Assembly (NCBI GenBank): GCA_949284035.1
Contig: CASDUQ010000045.1
Coordinates: forward strand, 71,170-135,169
Length of the DNA: 64,000 nucleotides
Direction: 5' to 3'
Source: an uncultured bacterium
GTDB lineage: Bacteria; Cyanobacteriota; Vampirovibrionia; Gastranaerophilales; Gastranaerophilaceae
In this document: one piece after another, positions 29,909-38,943 of the stretch
Layout of the letters: the number at the start of each line of letters is the position of its first letter
How positions within the stretch are numbered: the first letter of the stretch is position 1
Notes under the pieces: model-generated
Databases searched by the model: none
What the model was told of the DNA's origin: nothing
The model's input: only the letters and a program-made list of their open reading frames with translations
Made by a program: the position numbers and the translations under genes

Positions 29909-30026
29909 TATTTTAGCTTAATTAAAAATAACGGTCAAGAATATATTTACGAAAAAAAATATTTATGTTATTATACGAATATGCACATGTTTTTGTTTGT
30001 GCATAATGACAACTAAATGTAAAAAT

Positions 30027-30116
30027 GGAGTAGTGGCCGAGTGGCTGAAGGCGGCACCCTGCTAAGGTGTTATGTGGGTATAACCTGCATCCAGGGTTCA
30101 AATCCCTGCTGCTCCG
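30027..30116 (+). tRNA. tRNA-Ser(GCT)
   Basis: Acceptor stem GGAGTAG/CTGCTCC, anticodon loop CTGCTAA, long variable arm, GGTTCAAATCC T-loop; CCA not encoded. Confidence 0.95.
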
Positions 30117-30159
30117 TTTTTTTTAGTTTAAACATTGTGAAAATAAGTAAATATAGAAT

Positions 30160-30190
30160 AAAAAACACGTCCGCAACGGGCGTGTTTTTT
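30160..30190 (+). terminator. tRNA terminator
   Basis: AAAAAACACGTCC-GCAAC-GGGCGTGTTTTTT. Confidence 0.85.
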
Positions 30191-30274
30191 CTATATAGAA
30201 TGTCTATAAAAATGCAGACCTTATTTTTATTCAAATATACAGCAATAATGATCTTTTACAAATTTAATATAATT

Positions 30275-30462
30275 GGGAATTAATCGCAGCTTACACTAGA
30301 ATATGTGTGTCATGCTGAACTAGTTTCAGCATCTCTCAATAGTTAGGCTCTGAACTTGTTTCAGGGTCTATCAACACAGAGATTCGAAACACGGAGGTCA
30401 ATCCGACGTTCGGAATGAGACTGTATTTGTAATACATTTAGTGTAAACTGCGATTAATTCCC
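30275..30462. mobile_element. 188-bp MITE with 24-bp TIRs and 8-bp TSD, containing nested REP-like palindromes
   Basis: TIR GGGAATTAATCGCAG(C/T)TTACACTA at 30275-30298 and 30439-30462 (1 mismatch); ATATAATT at 30267-30274 and 30463-30470. Confidence 0.9.
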
Positions 30463-30498
30463 ATATAATTTTATATAATTATTTTAAAAGAGGACAAA

Positions 30499-31002
30499 AT
30501 GACAGAAATTAAAGTTATAAAAGGTGATATTACAAAACTTGAGGTTGATGCAATAGTTAATGCTGCCAATAAAACATTACTCGGAGGGGGAGGTGTTGAC
30601 GGTGCAATTCATCGTGCAGCAGGGAGAGAATTGTTAAAAGAATGCAAAACACTTAATGGCTGCGAAACAGGGGAAGCAAAAATTACAAAAGGCTACAATC
30701 TCCCCGCCAAATATATTATTCATACGGTTGGTCCGGTATGGTATGGCGGGAACAACAATGAGAAAGAGAAACTTAGATCTTGTTATTACAATTCATTACT
30801 ACTTGCCCAACATTACAGCCTAAAAACAATTGCCTTCCCTGCAATATCTTGCGGAGTCTATGGTTTTCCAATTGAACTTGCTGTTCAAATAGCTTTTAAC
30901 ACCGTCAATGATTTTATTAAAACATATAAAGTATTTGATAAAATCATTTTTATTGATATTAATGATAAAGTAATATCTGAATATCAAAAAATAATTAAAT
31001 AA
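30499..31002 (+). CDS. Macro-domain O-acetyl-ADP-ribose deacetylase (YmdB-like)
   Basis: [40 protein letters not shown]. Confidence 0.95.
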   Translation: MTEIKVIKGDITKLEVDAIVNAANKTLLGGGGVDGAIHRAAGRELLKECKTLNGCETGEAKITKGYNLPAKYIIHTVGPVWYGGNNNEKEKLRSCYYNSLLLAQHYSLKTIAFPAISCGVYGFPIELAVQIAFNTVNDFIKTYKVFDKIIFIDINDKVISEYQKIIK

Positions 31003-31187
31003 AGTCTCTGATAACCTATAAAACTTTTTCTTACCTAAAATTTTTTAGTAAAATTTTAGACCTAATTTTATGTATTTTAATATTTTCAGCAATATTTAGT
31101 CCTGACTGCTTATTGTGATTTCGTAACAATTGATTAAAAATTTTTTAAACAAATATATGGTTATGGAATTAAGAAGGGAGAAATAGT

Positions 31188-31730
31188 ATGAATATTGTTG
31201 AACCAATAAGAAAAAAGAAAGATTTGAAAAAAATTGAAAACATTCTGAAAAAACAAGGGCTTCGAGACTTATTACTTTTTACAATAGGCACCAATTGTGG
31301 ATTAAGAATTTCCGATATCTTAAACCTTAATGTCGGAGATGTAAAAAATAAAGACTATATAAACATTAAAGAGAAAAAAACTGGGAAATACAAAAGATTT
31401 CCAATAAATTCAAAATTAAAACCAATGTTTGCCAAATTCACAAAAGGACGAAATTTGGATGAACCACTGTTTTTATCCGTTTTTAAAAACAGAATGGAAA
31501 GAACTCAATGTTACAGAATAGTAAACGATGCTTGCAAAAAAGCCGGAATTGACTATAAAATAGGAACCCATACATTAAGAAAAACTTTCGGTTATCATCA
31601 TTATCAGAAATTTAAAGATGTTGTTATCTTACAAAAAATATTTAATCATTACTCTCCTCAAGTAACTCTACGATATATCGGAATTGATCAAGACATGATT
31701 GATGATAGCTATAACAATTTTATCCTCTAA
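31188..31730 (+). CDS. Minimal tyrosine recombinase, catalytic set intact
   Basis: R40 (GLRISD), K64, H128xxR131, H154, Y163; catalytic domain only, 180 aa. Confidence 0.95.
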   Translation: MNIVEPIRKKKDLKKIENILKKQGLRDLLLFTIGTNCGLRISDILNLNVGDVKNKDYINIKEKKTGKYKRFPINSKLKPMFAKFTKGRNLDEPLFLSVFKNRMERTQCYRIVNDACKKAGIDYKIGTHTLRKTFGYHHYQKFKDVVILQKIFNHYSPQVTLRYIGIDQDMIDDSYNNFIL

Positions 31731-31754
31731 TTTATATATAAGAGATAACTCAAC

Positions 31755-31798
31755 AAAAAAACAATTCAACATATTTATGCTTGTGTTGAATTGTTTTT
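31755..31798 (+). terminator. Strong hairpin / terminator between the two recombinase genes
   Basis: AAAAACAATTCAACATA-8nt-TGTGTTGAATTGTTTTT. Confidence 0.8.
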
Positions 31799-32014
31799 AT
31801 TAAATCTTTAAATTAAATCTATCACAAAAAAATTCTTATGCAAATTATAGAAAATAAATCTCGAATCTCCTTAATATATTTTAAAATAAACCTGCCCAAA
31901 ATATTGATTTATAAGTATCTTTCCTATTTCTCAACAAACGCATAATTGAGTAGAGATTAATATTGTTTTTATCCAGTGAGGCAAGAATAGTTAAAGAAGG
32001 TATAGATTTAGATA

Positions 32015-32542
32015 ATGACGCTAAGTTCTCCGATAAAAAATATATGCACTATAGAACAAATTAAAGAATTGTATAAAAAGAAAAACATGTTGAGAGATTT
32101 GTTAATGTTTGAACTCGGTATTAATACGGGGATGACATTAAAAAACTTGTTAAAATTAAAAGTTAAAGATGTAAAAAACAAATATTATTTAACTGATGGA
32201 ACAAAAACATTCCCATTAAATGAAAATATAAGAGAATTAATCTCTGAAATAACAAATAATAAAAAATCTTCCGAGTATTTGTTTAAAAGTAAATTTGGCA
32301 GATGCATGGACAGGGGAACTGTCTTTTATGCCTTTAAAGAAATCTGTAAAGAATTAGCATTACCAGATAGTATTTCCGTTGCATCCTGGCGAAAAACATT
32401 TGCATATCATCATTATCAAAAATACAGAGATTTGTCTTATTTACAGTGGTTATTTAATCAAACCAGAGTAACTGTAACTCTTCAATTTATTGAAGAAAAG
32501 GAAAATATGAATTTGAGATATCGGGAAGGGGTAATTCTGTAA
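32015..32542 (+). CDS. Catalytically dead tyrosine-recombinase paralog
   Basis: Aligns with 31188-31730 but has R>T41, a shortened Lys hairpin, H>A123, H>Q149 and Y>F158; TAATG overlap with the next gene. Confidence 0.85.
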   Translation: MTLSSPIKNICTIEQIKELYKKKNMLRDLLMFELGINTGMTLKNLLKLKVKDVKNKYYLTDGTKTFPLNENIRELISEITNNKKSSEYLFKSKFGRCMDRGTVFYAFKEICKELALPDSISVASWRKTFAYHHYQKYRDLSYLQWLFNQTRVTVTLQFIEEKENMNLRYREGVIL

Positions 32543-34053
32543 TGAGTATAAAAAAAATAATTATTCAAGCAGGCGGAAAAGGAACCAGATTAGAGGGGTT
32601 AACAAGAAACAAGCCTAAATGTCTGGTACCTGTAAACAATCTGCCGATTATTTTTTATGCATTTCAAAAATTTCAAGATGCAGAATTTACAATTATCGCA
32701 GACTACAAAACAGATGTTTTAAAAAAGTACTTACAAGCCTTCGGCTCTAAGTACAATTACAAAATAGTAAAAGCCGTTAAAAAAGGGACCGCTTCGGGCA
32801 TAAAAGAAGCCATCTCCGCATACTCCGATGATGAACCGTTTATGATAATGTGGTGCGACTTGATTTTATCTGATAATTTTGAAATTCCGGCAGCTAAAGG
32901 AAACTATATTGGAATTTCAAAAGATTTTGAGTGCCGTTGGTCCTATGTTAATAATCAATTTATAAAAGAACCTTCAAAAGAAAATGGTGTTGCTGGACTA
33001 TTTATTTTTGAAAATAAAAAATTACTGGAAAATGTTGCAGAAGAAGGGGCCCTTGTTGGCTGGCTGCAAAATCAAGGTATAAAATTTGACAGATTGGATT
33101 TATATGGTTCAAAAGAAATCGGCACACTTCTTTCTTATGCTGATAATAGCGCTGATGCGCCTCGATGCAGACCATTTAATTCAATGGAATTTAGTGGTGA
33201 TGTCATTATTAAGCGCGGCATTAATGAACAGGGGAAAAAGATTGCGGTTGATGAAATCGCCTGGTATAAGCATGTTAAAGAACTCGGCTACAATAATATC
33301 CCTGAAATATATGAATATGAACCTTTAACAATGAAACGTGTTAAAGGAAAGAATATTTTTGAGTATGATTGCTTAACCAAAACACAAAAACGTGGAATTT
33401 TGAGAAAACTCATTGAAGCTTTAAAAGAACTACACAATCTTGAACCGGCGCAGCCTGTAAATATCGTTGATGTAGAAGATAATTTTCTAAACAAAACTTT
33501 TGACCGGCTTGCAAAGGTAGAACACCTTGTTCCGTTTGCAGATAAAGAATTTATCAAAATTAACGGGAATTATTACAAAAATGTATTTTTCAACAAAGAA
33601 GAATTAACAGAGGCGGTAAAAACTGTTTACCCGAAAGAATTCAGACTTATTCATGGTGATTGTACATTTTCAAACCTAATGTTTGACACATACAATATGA
33701 AAGCAATTTTAATTGACCCAAGAGGGTATTTCGGCAAAACTAAATTCTACGGCGATGTGGATTATGATTGGGCAAAATTGTATTACTCATTGAAAGGCGA
33801 ATACGACCAGTTTAACCGTAAAAAATTCACTCTTGATATCAGAGAAAAAGATGTTGAAATGGCTATAAAGCCAAATAATTGGGCGGATATGGAAGAGTTT
33901 TTCTTTGACTGCCTGCCGGGGGTTAGCAAATACAAAATAAAACTTTTACATGCAATTATCTGGTTGAGTTTAACAACTTATGCGTGGGAAGATTACGACA
34001 GCATTTGTGGTGCTTTTTATAACGGAATAATAAAACTTAATGAGGTGTTGTAG
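32542..34053 (+). CDS. Nucleotidyltransferase-kinase (APH/choline-kinase fold) fusion
   Basis: IIQAGGKGTRL..KPKCL; LIHGDCTFSN, LIDPRG, GDVDYDWAKL. Confidence 0.85.
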   Translation: MSIKKIIIQAGGKGTRLEGLTRNKPKCLVPVNNLPIIFYAFQKFQDAEFTIIADYKTDVLKKYLQAFGSKYNYKIVKAVKKGTASGIKEAISAYSDDEPFMIMWCDLILSDNFEIPAAKGNYIGISKDFECRWSYVNNQFIKEPSKENGVAGLFIFENKKLLENVAEEGALVGWLQNQGIKFDRLDLYGSKEIGTLLSYADNSADAPRCRPFNSMEFSGDVIIKRGINEQGKKIAVDEIAWYKHVKELGYNNIPEIYEYEPLTMKRVKGKNIFEYDCLTKTQKRGILRKLIEALKELHNLEPAQPVNIVDVEDNFLNKTFDRLAKVEHLVPFADKEFIKINGNYYKNVFFNKEELTEAVKTVYPKEFRLIHGDCTFSNLMFDTYNMKAILIDPRGYFGKTKFYGDVDYDWAKLYYSLKGEYDQFNRKKFTLDIREKDVEMAIKPNNWADMEEFFFDCLPGVSKYKIKLLHAIIWLSLTTYAWEDYDSICGAFYNGIIKLNEVL

Positions 34054-34422
34054 GTGCTTGAATTTTCTTCATTAAATAAAACATGGATTCTGGATGTAGA
34101 TGGAACTCTTGTAAAACATAACGGTTACAAAATTGACGGTTATGACACCCTGCTTGATGGGGTTAAAGACTTCTTTGAACAGTTACCACTTAATGATAAA
34201 GTTATTCTTCTTACAGCAAGAAAAGAAGAATTTTTACCTGCTTTAAAAGACTTTTTAAAAAAAAATAATATCCGCTATGACTATTTGTTAACCGATATGC
34301 CTATGGGTGAAAGGATTTTGGTAAATGACAGAAAACCAAGCGGTTTGGATATGGCCTTTGCAATAAATAAGGATAGAGATAAAAACTTAAACATTGCATA
34401 CAAGATAAATAAGGAGTTATAA
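34054..34422 (+). CDS. Small capless HAD phosphatase
   Basis: ILDVDGTL, LLTAR, LVNDRKP. Confidence 0.8.
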   Translation: MLEFSSLNKTWILDVDGTLVKHNGYKIDGYDTLLDGVKDFFEQLPLNDKVILLTARKEEFLPALKDFLKKNNIRYDYLLTDMPMGERILVNDRKPSGLDMAFAINKDRDKNLNIAYKINKEL

Positions 34423-35412
34423 ATGACAACTTTATTAGAAAATCCAATTTCAATTCAAGAAAATTTAGATAGAAATTGTGCAATTCGTACAATTAACAGT
34501 GAAATAGATACAATAATTAAACTACGCGACAGTCTTGATAATTCATTGACTAAGGCACTTGATATTATGCAGGAAGCAAAAGGCAGAATAATTTTGACCG
34601 GAATGGGGAAATCAGGTCATATCGGCAAAAAAATTGCAGCATCTCTCGCTTCGACCGGGACACCATCATTTTTTGTACATCCTGCCGAAGCGAGTCATGG
34701 CGATTTGGGAATGATAACTGAAGATGATGTTGTCATTGCAATATCCAATAGCGGAGAATCCAGAGAACTTGTCGATATACTTAATTATTGCAAACGATTC
34801 GGTATAAAACTTATTGCTATTACAAAAAATCCCGAAAGTTCTCTGGGAAAAGCCGGTGATATAGTATTAACACTCCCCAACAACGGGGAAGCATGTCCTT
34901 TGGGACTTGCACCCACTAATTCTACAACAGCAACCCTTGTATTGGGAGATATTTTAACAGCAGGGTTAATTCAAAGAAAAGGGTTTACAAAAGCTGACTT
35001 TAATGAAAGACATCCCGGCGGAAAGTTAGGCTCTATATTAAAACGTGTATCTGATTTAATGCATACAGGCTCTGAAATGCCTATATTGGAAGAAAATTCC
35101 AATATGCAGCAGGTATTACTTGAGATGACTTCTAAACGTTTAGGCTGTGTTGGTTTTATAGACAATAACGGGAATTTAACGGGAATGCTGACTGATGGAG
35201 ATTTAAGACGCTGTTTGACTCCAGAAATATTAAACAAAAAGGCAGTTGAACTAATGACAAAAAATCCTAAAACAATTTCAAAGGATGTTATGGCATCAGA
35301 GGCCATAAAAATAATGCATGAAAAGAAAATTACAAATATTTTTATAGTTGAAAACAACATCCCAATCGGAGTAATACATATTCATGATCTTTTAAATAAT
35401 GGAGTCGTTTAG
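34423..35412 (+). CDS. kdsD: KpsF/GutQ/KdsD arabinose-5-phosphate isomerase (SIS + 2 CBS)
   Basis: TGMGKSGHIG, HPAEASHGDLG, LAPTNST, HPGGKLG, TDGDLRR. Confidence 0.9.
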   Translation: MTTLLENPISIQENLDRNCAIRTINSEIDTIIKLRDSLDNSLTKALDIMQEAKGRIILTGMGKSGHIGKKIAASLASTGTPSFFVHPAEASHGDLGMITEDDVVIAISNSGESRELVDILNYCKRFGIKLIAITKNPESSLGKAGDIVLTLPNNGEACPLGLAPTNSTTATLVLGDILTAGLIQRKGFTKADFNERHPGGKLGSILKRVSDLMHTGSEMPILEENSNMQQVLLEMTSKRLGCVGFIDNNGNLTGMLTDGDLRRCLTPEILNKKAVELMTKNPKTISKDVMASEAIKIMHEKKITNIFIVENNIPIGVIHIHDLLNNGVV

Positions 35413-36620
35413 TGAAAATATTTGAGTATAGAAAATCTGAAAATAAAAGTGTTGCCAAATTATTCGGATTTCCGATAATGGAGCAGACTTCTGATTATAT
35501 GACTACTGAAAGACATCAGAGTTTTTTTAAAGGTTTTGTTTCTACAATAAAAATTAATGATAAATACTCTGATTGCTCAAATAAAATAATAAAAATTCTG
35601 GGCAAAACTATAATAAGGCGAGAAGAAAAAAATAACTTTAGGACTTACTATATTTGGAACAAAGAATTCTGTAGATTTTCTTTACTTGATGAGTTTAAAA
35701 AACGTTACTTTAAGTATTTTGACAACCAGCATGATGATATTTATATATTACGTGCAAATAGCGGAGAAACATATCTTATTTTAACTTATATATTAGATAA
35801 ATTGATAGAAAAAAATAATAGTAAAAAGCCCTTATTAGTTGCCACCCTAAAATATCATGTTGATATGATTAAAATGATTTGTCCGGAAATTCCATACGTT
35901 TATATAGGGAAATTTAGATTAAAACTAAAGGACAGTAATTTTAAAATTGATAATCTTCACTTTTTTCTATTATTCAACCACAACCATTTTTTACAGGTAG
36001 AAAATCAAATCAGAAAAGGTGAATTAGGACAAATACACTATTTTTATTCAATTCTAAAATCTCTTGGTATATCAACTCAAGAGATAAATATGAGACATGT
36101 AAAGGTAAATATAGATGATGAAAACAAAATGCTTGATAAGGTCAAAAAAATCGGTCTAAATCTTAAAAAATTTGTTTTTTTAGCACCTGAGGCGCAATCT
36201 TGCAAATTATATGATGAAGATTTCTGGAGCGAATTAATAAATCAATTACAAACAATAGGATATGATGTGTTTGTAAATCTGGTTGATAATGAAATTAAGC
36301 TTAAAGAAACAATAAATTATAAGACTTGTTATCTGACATTTGCAGAAGCTTTTGCACTTGCAAAATGTTCAAAAAAAATTGTATCTTTAAGGAGCGGTTT
36401 TACAGAATTTCTACTTCAAACAAATGTGCCTATTGATGTCATATATACAAGATTTAGAAAGCGTCATTTTTTCGACGATTTGGATACATACCATGTAATA
36501 GCCGGATTTGGCTTAATGCAGCTACCATTTGTAGATAAATCTAAAATTCATGAATTCAATATGTATGAAATATCACCGAAACAATGTCTAAATGAAATTG
36601 TAAATGGATTAAATCAATGA
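35412..36620 (+). CDS. GT9-like putative glycosyltransferase, paralog 1
   Basis: NSGETY, FLAPEAQS, LRSGFTE; N-terminal K(I/L)(F/L)G repeats. Confidence 0.6.
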   Translation: MKIFEYRKSENKSVAKLFGFPIMEQTSDYMTTERHQSFFKGFVSTIKINDKYSDCSNKIIKILGKTIIRREEKNNFRTYYIWNKEFCRFSLLDEFKKRYFKYFDNQHDDIYILRANSGETYLILTYILDKLIEKNNSKKPLLVATLKYHVDMIKMICPEIPYVYIGKFRLKLKDSNFKIDNLHFFLLFNHNHFLQVENQIRKGELGQIHYFYSILKSLGISTQEINMRHVKVNIDDENKMLDKVKKIGLNLKKFVFLAPEAQSCKLYDEDFWSELINQLQTIGYDVFVNLVDNEIKLKETINYKTCYLTFAEAFALAKCSKKIVSLRSGFTEFLLQTNVPIDVIYTRFRKRHFFDDLDTYHVIAGFGLMQLPFVDKSKIHEFNMYEISPKQCLNEIVNGLNQ

Positions 36621-36630
36621 GGTTTCCAAA

Positions 36631-37758
36631 ATGTTATTTCAAATAAAAGAAACAGCCGATTATAAAAAAATATATATATTTTTTGGTCTTATTAGCTTTA
36701 AGATACTATATCATAATCCATCTATTGCTATAAGGATATTTGGAATTAATATACTAACTCTATATTTATTTAATGGAAAATTATTAATACAGTTAAATAT
36801 AAAAATTCCAATACCTTTTATTGATGATGAATTATTTAAAGCAAAATTTTTATATAATTGTGTAAAAGAAAATTACACAAAAGATTTTGATTGTATTTAT
36901 TCATTATGTGGATCTCCTTCAGGGGAAACATATATTATTTTAAATCTTTTAAATATTATTTTAAGAAAAAATTGTTCAAAACAACCTATATTGGTTGTTG
37001 ACAAAATGTTTAAGTATCAACTATGCAAACTATTTCAACCTGAAATCCCTGTAATTTTATGCAAAAATTTATCTTTTTTATATTTTAATAAGAAAAATTT
37101 TCATAAAATAAAAGGATGTAAAGTTTATAATTATTTTCCAACTCAGCATTATATAAAACAGGATATTTTGATAAATACTAAAGATGAACATTATTTTTCA
37201 TATATAGTCTCTAAGTTAGATTTAAATAGAAATTTATCTTTTAATAAACCCAAAATTTCTGATACAGCAAAACAAAATATTTCGTTATTTATAAAAGAAA
37301 ATAATTTAAAAAATTTTGTTATTATAGCTCCGGAAGCTAATACTTGTTCTGAAGGATGCATTAATTGGACTAAAATTTGCAATAAATTGCAAACTCTGGG
37401 ATATAAAGTTGTATTAAACATAACAGATATGAAGAATTATATTCCACATACGATACCGGTTCTATTAACATATGAAGAAATGTTTATACTCACCCAACAG
37501 GCCAGTGCATTCATAGGCTTACGAAGTGGATTGGTTGAAATTTTATCACAGTGTTCTGAAAACACTCCATTTTTCATATTCTATACAGATTTTCCTAAAA
37601 GGGGGGTATTACAAGCCATGAGCGCAGAAAAAGCATTGTCTGGTTTTACACTAAAAAAGCTTCCAAATGTTAATAAAAATAATATTACTGAACTCGTAGC
37701 AGAAGAAAATAGTATTGAAGAACTATTTAAAAAATTAATCAGAGCAAAAAATAATTGA
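36631..37758 (+). CDS. GT9-like putative glycosyltransferase, paralog 2
   Basis: PSGETY, IIAPEANT, LRSGLVE. Confidence 0.6.
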   Translation: MLFQIKETADYKKIYIFFGLISFKILYHNPSIAIRIFGINILTLYLFNGKLLIQLNIKIPIPFIDDELFKAKFLYNCVKENYTKDFDCIYSLCGSPSGETYIILNLLNIILRKNCSKQPILVVDKMFKYQLCKLFQPEIPVILCKNLSFLYFNKKNFHKIKGCKVYNYFPTQHYIKQDILINTKDEHYFSYIVSKLDLNRNLSFNKPKISDTAKQNISLFIKENNLKNFVIIAPEANTCSEGCINWTKICNKLQTLGYKVVLNITDMKNYIPHTIPVLLTYEEMFILTQQASAFIGLRSGLVEILSQCSENTPFFIFYTDFPKRGVLQAMSAEKALSGFTLKKLPNVNKNNITELVAEENSIEELFKKLIRAKNN

Positions 37759-37764
37759 GGCGTA

Positions 37765-38943
37765 ATGAGCGTGTTAAGAAACATATTTTCAAATAAAATT
37801 TATTGCAACAATAACATTTATAAAAAAATCTTTTTCAATGGTTTATTTTCTATTGAATTTAAAATGTTAGACTATTGTGTATTTTACAAAATATTTAATT
37901 TATCTTTTATGGAAAGAAGATTTAAACGAGGCGTTTCTTTATTTAAGTTGTTTAATACCATAAAATTTAAAACTTCTGAAAAAAGCACATTAGAATTCTT
38001 AAAGCCAATCCTAATTGAATATGTAAAAAATCAAACCTTACAAAAAAATTTCTCATTAATACATTTCATAACAAGATTAGGTGAAACATACTTGCAAATG
38101 TACCATTTAGAAGAATATCTAAATAATAATAAAATTAAAAATCCAATTTTTATCTCCCAATTTAGCAACCTTAAATATATATGTAATATGTTTTATCCTA
38201 AAATAAAATTCATAACTATTCCACAAGTTTTCTTTGAAATGTGTTTTTCTACTGAACTAAAAAATTATAAACATGCAGGCTGTTATTATTTTTTACCTAT
38301 TAATAGAACTCATTTGATTAATGTTGAAAAACAATTAAACAATAATAACCAGATACTTTTTTATGAAGAACTAAAAAAATCATTAAAAATTAAAAAATCT
38401 AATTTGATAAATTACCCAATACTCAGTGTGAATGTTAAAACAAAAAGTGATAATATCATTAAACAATTGAGATTAAAAAAGCGTTTTGCATATATTATTC
38501 CAGATGCTCAATCAAACTCTTCTATGTCGTTAAACTTTTGGAATAAACTTTGTAAGACTTTAAACGTTGACTATAATTATGATATTTTTCTAAATACATT
38601 ACCTCAAGGTTTTCAAAATAAGTATAAACACCATCATATATCAATTGAACAAGCAAAATATATTGCATCAAAAGCTGATATTATTATTGGCATAAGATGT
38701 GGCTTGTTGGATATAGTTACGAATAATTCTTCAGATATTTTTGCAATTTATCTCCCTTTTAATAATAGAGCACCTGAATTTCCTTATTTATCCGCAGAAA
38801 AAGTAATGGGGGCCTTTTCACTAAAGCAACTACCCAATATTTGTAATAAGCATCTTTATGAATATAATGCAGAAATTTATTCTGAAAGATACATTTTAAA
38901 TGAAATTTTAAGTCTCATTTCAAAAAAAGAGGTTGAACATTAA
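37765..38943 (+). CDS. GT9-like putative glycosyltransferase, paralog 3
   Basis: RLGETY, IIPDAQS, IRCGLLD. Confidence 0.6.
   Translation: MSVLRNIFSNKIYCNNNIYKKIFFNGLFSIEFKMLDYCVFYKIFNLSFMERRFKRGVSLFKLFNTIKFKTSEKSTLEFLKPILIEYVKNQTLQKNFSLIHFITRLGETYLQMYHLEEYLNNNKIKNPIFISQFSNLKYICNMFYPKIKFITIPQVFFEMCFSTELKNYKHAGCYYFLPINRTHLINVEKQLNNNNQILFYEELKKSLKIKKSNLINYPILSVNVKTKSDNIIKQLRLKKRFAYIIPDAQSNSSMSLNFWNKLCKTLNVDYNYDIFLNTLPQGFQNKYKHHHISIEQAKYIASKADIIIGIRCGLLDIVTNNSSDIFAIYLPFNNRAPEFPYLSAEKVMGAFSLKQLPNICNKHLYEYNAEIYSERYILNEILSLISKKEVEH

Noticed and set aside
30090-30116. tRNA-Ser 3' end as attL of an integrated island using the nearby recombinase
   Set aside because: No second copy of GGGTTCAAATCCCTGCTGCTCC found in the window, and the recombinase lacks arm-binding domains; an attR outside the window cannot be excluded.
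30041-30283. 80-aa ORF in the track
   Set aside because: Overlaps tRNA-Ser and its terminator; a known type of spurious call.
31815-32010. 9-bp inverted repeat TAAATCTAT/ATAGATTTA as a fim-like invertible promoter
   Set aside because: An all-but-one-AT 9-mer match is expected by chance in a ~280-bp AT-rich spacer; it needs read evidence of inversion.
37601-37606. G6 run in GT9-like paralog 2
   Set aside because: Too short for high-frequency slippage compared with the two 10-mers.
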